From assembly GCA_016188865.1 (NCBI GenBank), contig JACPGX010000005.1:9188-73187 (forward strand): a stretch of 64,000 nt of DNA, written 5' to 3'. Source of the stretch: Candidatus Nealsonbacteria bacterium (GTDB lineage: Bacteria; Patescibacteriota; Minisyncoccia; Minisyncoccales; MHMH01). The notes below the pieces were generated by a model, which was not told where the DNA came from, did no database searches, and saw only the letters and a list, made by a program, of their open reading frames with translations. This document shows, piece after piece, positions 61,558-64,000 of the stretch. Numbering within the stretch: the first letter of the stretch is position 1; each line of letters opens with the position of its first letter. The position numbers and the translations under genes were made by a program.

Positions 61558-61962
61558 ATGGCAATATTGGATATTTTTAAGAAAAAACCCTTCGACGCGG
61601 CTCAGGGCAAGCCCGCTAAAAAGATAGAAAAAGTTCCCAAAAAAGAGGAGCCCATTATTTCTAAGACCAAAAAAGTTTTGGGTCAGGCTTATAGAGTGCT
61701 AAGGAAACCGCACGTTACGGAAAAGGCCACCGATCTTACCAGCGTAAATCAATATGTTTTTGAAATTTTTCCGGGAGTCAATAAGAACCAAGTCAAAAAG
61801 GCAGTGGAAGATGCGTACGGCGTTGATGTGGTTGGCGTCAGAATGATTAATATTCCGCGAAAAAGAAGAAGGCTGGGGAGGATTGAGGGGTGGCAAGGCG
61901 CTTATAAAAAAGCCGTAGTTAGAATAAAAGAAGGTCAAAAGATAGAAGTTTTACCGAGATAA
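61558..61962 (+). CDS. rplW: 50S ribosomal protein L23 with a ~40-aa N-terminal extension
   Basis: Core is RVLRKPHVTEKATDL..YVFEI..NKNQVKKAVEDAYGVDV. The extension is KKKPFDAAQGKPAKKIEKVPKK. Confidence 0.95.
   Translation: MAILDIFKKKPFDAAQGKPAKKIEKVPKKEEPIISKTKKVLGQAYRVLRKPHVTEKATDLTSVNQYVFEIFPGVNKNQVKKAVEDAYGVDVVGVRMINIPRKRRRLGRIEGWQGAYKKAVVRIKEGQKIEVLPR
61588..61614 (+). repeat. Dispersed GC-rich motif copy inside the rplW extension
   Basis: CCCTTCGACGCGGCTCAGGGCAAGCCC encodes PFDAAQGKP. Confidence 0.7.
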
Positions 61963-61963
61963 T

Positions 61964-62764
61964 ATGTTAAAAAATTACGCTACAAAAGAAGACTTCAGTT
62001 TGTTAGCTAAAAAAGAGCCGGAAAAAAGGCTGCTTTTGGCTTTGCCTAAAAAAGCAGGAAGGGGCCAGGGCGGGAGAATCACCGTCAGGCATCAGGGGGG
62101 AGGGGCTAAGCAGCTATATAGAATTATTGATTTTGGCCAGGAAAAAATTAATATAAAAGGCAAGGTTCAAGCCTTAGAATACGATCCGTTCAGGACCGCT
62201 TTTATAGCATTGATTCAATATGCAGATGGCGATAAGAGATATATTCTTGCTCCTAGCGGATTAAAGATTGGAGATGAGATAATCTGTCAGGATTTGGCCG
62301 AACTTAGCTCGGGCAATAGAATGAAATTAAAAAATATACAAGTAGGTTCTCTTGTGTATAATATTGAGATTGATCCGGGCCGCGGGGGAAAGCTGGTGAA
62401 ATCCGCGGGAACTGCCGCTAAGGTTTTGGCTCACGAAGGTAAATACACTCATTTAGAAATGCCGTCCGGTGAAATCAGGAAGTCTCTCCAAGAATGTTTT
62501 GCCAGTCTTGGAACAATTTCCAGGCCCGAGCACAAATACATGAAATTGGGCAAAGCCGGCAAGTCTCGTTATAGGGGAATAAGGCCATCTATCAGAGGAA
62601 CCGCCATGAATGCGGTTGATCATCCGCACGGCGGAGGAGAGGGCAAGACGTCGACTGGTTTAAAGTACCCCAAGACTCCGTGGGGAAAGCCGGCTCGGGG
62701 CGTTTTCACTAGAAAAAGAAGGTGGACGAATAAATTTATTATTCAAAGAAGAAAGAAAAAATAG
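61964..62764 (+). CDS. rplB: 50S ribosomal protein L2
   Basis: [37 protein letters not shown]. Confidence 0.98.
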   Translation: MLKNYATKEDFSLLAKKEPEKRLLLALPKKAGRGQGGRITVRHQGGGAKQLYRIIDFGQEKINIKGKVQALEYDPFRTAFIALIQYADGDKRYILAPSGLKIGDEIICQDLAELSSGNRMKLKNIQVGSLVYNIEIDPGRGGKLVKSAGTAAKVLAHEGKYTHLEMPSGEIRKSLQECFASLGTISRPEHKYMKLGKAGKSRYRGIRPSIRGTAMNAVDHPHGGGEGKTSTGLKYPKTPWGKPARGVFTRKRRWTNKFIIQRRKKK

Positions 62765-62766
62765 TT

Positions 62767-63120
62767 ATGTCAAGATCAATAAAAAAAGGCCCTTATGTGT
62801 TAGACAATTTGCTGAAGAAGACATCTTTGTTAAAGCAGGGCGCTAAGGCCATAATTAAAACTTGGTGCCGCTCTTGCAGCATTACTCCAGAAATGATTGG
62901 TTTTACTTTTGGGGTTCATAATGGCAGAGAGCATGTGGCGGTTTATGTAACAGAAGACATGGTTGGCCATAAATTAGGAGAATTTTCTCCCACTACTAGA
63001 TTTGGCAAGCACGGTGGAAGGATGCAGCGCGAATTGGAGGCAGCGGTCGTAGAAAAAGAAGCGGCAAAAGTCGAAGCAGCTAAGGCCCCAGCGCCAGAAA
63101 CCAAATCTAAATCTAAATAA
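62767..63120 (+). CDS. rpsS: 30S ribosomal protein S19 with a C-terminal Ala/Lys-rich extension
   Basis: [42 protein letters not shown]. Confidence 0.97.
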   Translation: MSRSIKKGPYVLDNLLKKTSLLKQGAKAIIKTWCRSCSITPEMIGFTFGVHNGREHVAVYVTEDMVGHKLGEFSPTTRFGKHGGRMQRELEAAVVEKEAAKVEAAKAPAPETKSKSK

Positions 63121-63123
63121 GAT

Positions 63124-63642
63124 ATGATGCGAGTTGCAGCAAAATTAAGATATTTAAGAATAGCACCCAGAAAGGTTCGCCTTGTTGCGGATTTAATCAG
63201 GGGTAAAACAATTGAGGAAGCTCAAGCTGCTTTAAATTTTACCGTAAAAAAGGCGGCCAAACCATTGTTAAGGCTTTTGAATTCGGCCATAGCCAATGCT
63301 AAAAATAATTTTCAACTGGACCCAGCTAATTTATATATTTTAAGCTTAAGTGTAGATGAGGGCCCAAAGACTAAAAGATGGATGCCCAGAGCCAGGGGTT
63401 CAGCTTATGAAATACAAAAAAAAGTTTCCCATGTGAATTTAGTTTTAGAAGAAATAAAAAAATCTAAAGGAGTAAAAACAAAAATAGTTGAGGAGAAGAA
63501 AGTGTCGCCGACAGTAACGGAGCAAGTTGAAAAACCCCAAAAAACAGAAAAACCCAAATTAAAGCCCCGCCTCCGTCAAGGCAGGCAAGCGGGAAAAGCC
63601 GAAGGGGCCATAAGAAAAATTTTCAGAAGACAAGTATTTTAA
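63124..63642 (+). CDS. rplV: 50S ribosomal protein L22 with a Lys-rich C-terminal extension
   Basis: LRIAPRKVRLVADLIRGKTIEEAQAALNF..RWMPRARGSAYEIQKKVSHV. Confidence 0.96.
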   Translation: MMRVAAKLRYLRIAPRKVRLVADLIRGKTIEEAQAALNFTVKKAAKPLLRLLNSAIANAKNNFQLDPANLYILSLSVDEGPKTKRWMPRARGSAYEIQKKVSHVNLVLEEIKKSKGVKTKIVEEKKVSPTVTEQVEKPQKTEKPKLKPRLRQGRQAGKAEGAIRKIFRRQVF

Positions 63643-63643
63643 T

Positions 63644-64000
63644 ATGAGCCATAAAGTTCATCCAAAATCTTTTAGATTGAGAGGACTAAGCGATTGGGAA
63701 TCAAGATGGTTTAATGCAAAAAGACTTCGAGAATATCTGGAAGAGGATTTTATAATCAGAAAATTTTTGGAGAAGCGCCTTAAAGATTCAAGCATTCAAA
63801 ATATTGAAATCGAACGTTCTCCGGGAAAAGTTGCCGTCATTATCAATTCAGCCAGGCCAGGCTTCATTATCGGCCGCGGCGGCAAGGGAGCAGAAGATTT
63901 GAAGAAAGAAGTAGAAAAGAAACTTCCTGCTCCGAAAGAAGGCAAAAGGGAACTAAAGATTGAGATTAGAGAAGTGAGAAACCCCTGGGCTTCAGCTTCA
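63644..64000 (+). CDS. rpsC: 30S ribosomal protein S3, N-terminal part (3' end outside window)
   Basis: My translation from ATG 63644: MSHKVHPKSFRLRGLSDWESRWFN..IEIERSPGKV..IIGRGG, which includes the KH domain. Confidence 0.95.
   Translation, partial: MSHKVHPKSFRLRGLSDWESRWFNAKRLREYLEEDFIIRKFLEKRLKDSSIQNIEIERSPGKVAVIINSARPGFIIGRGGKGAEDLKKEVEKKLPAPKEGKRELKIEIREVRNPWASAS

Overview
AT-rich, gene-dense bacterial chromosome segment with about 65 credible CDS and 3 tRNAs. Its content looks like a Patescibacteria/CPR (Parcubacteria-like) genome, which is an inference: DUF5667-type and lamin-tail/beta-helix surface proteins, many tiny zinc-ribbon ORFs, ribosomal proteins with extensions, and metabolism centred on a pentose-phosphate cluster. 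Core blocks are uvrA, groES-groEL with a CIRCE operator, lemA-htpX, dnaG-rpoD, a metal ABC transporter plus hpf, a zwf::gnd fusion, rpiB-rpe-tkt-tal, ndk, glgP, rpsL-rpsG-fusA-tuf-rpsJ, and rplC-rplD-rplW-rplB-rpsS-rplV-rpsC. An accessory stretch lies between about 17.3 and 26.4 kb. It starts with a tRNA-Asn(GUU) split by a 195-nt group I intron. Next comes one ORF fusing a complete, apparently self-cleavable LexA to a beta-class DNA methyltransferase, followed 4 nt later by an HNH nuclease, with a GTTC-N7-GTTC box inside the promoter. I rank this candidate SOS-wired R-M module as the most novel item. The stretch continues with membrane proteins, an array of GC-rich hairpins, a tRNA 3'-end scar, three small Cys-rich proteins, TspO, a wHTH-ComF-type PRTase and a DUF4325 operon. 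Other notable items: an IS200/RAYT-like HUH gene bracketed by identical 25-nt palindromes; a 141-nt MITE-like inverted-repeat element between groES and groEL; a short GC-rich motif (CCCTTCGAC..GCTCAGGGCAAG) recurring in both orientations, three times in frame inside conserved genes; hairpins sharing a G-TCCGA-C apex; and an S10 operon split by a terminator, promoter and attenuator-like leader. All calls come from reading the sequence and ORF track by eye. Small-motif coordinates were anchored on ORF ends but may be off by 1-2 nt. No database search was run.
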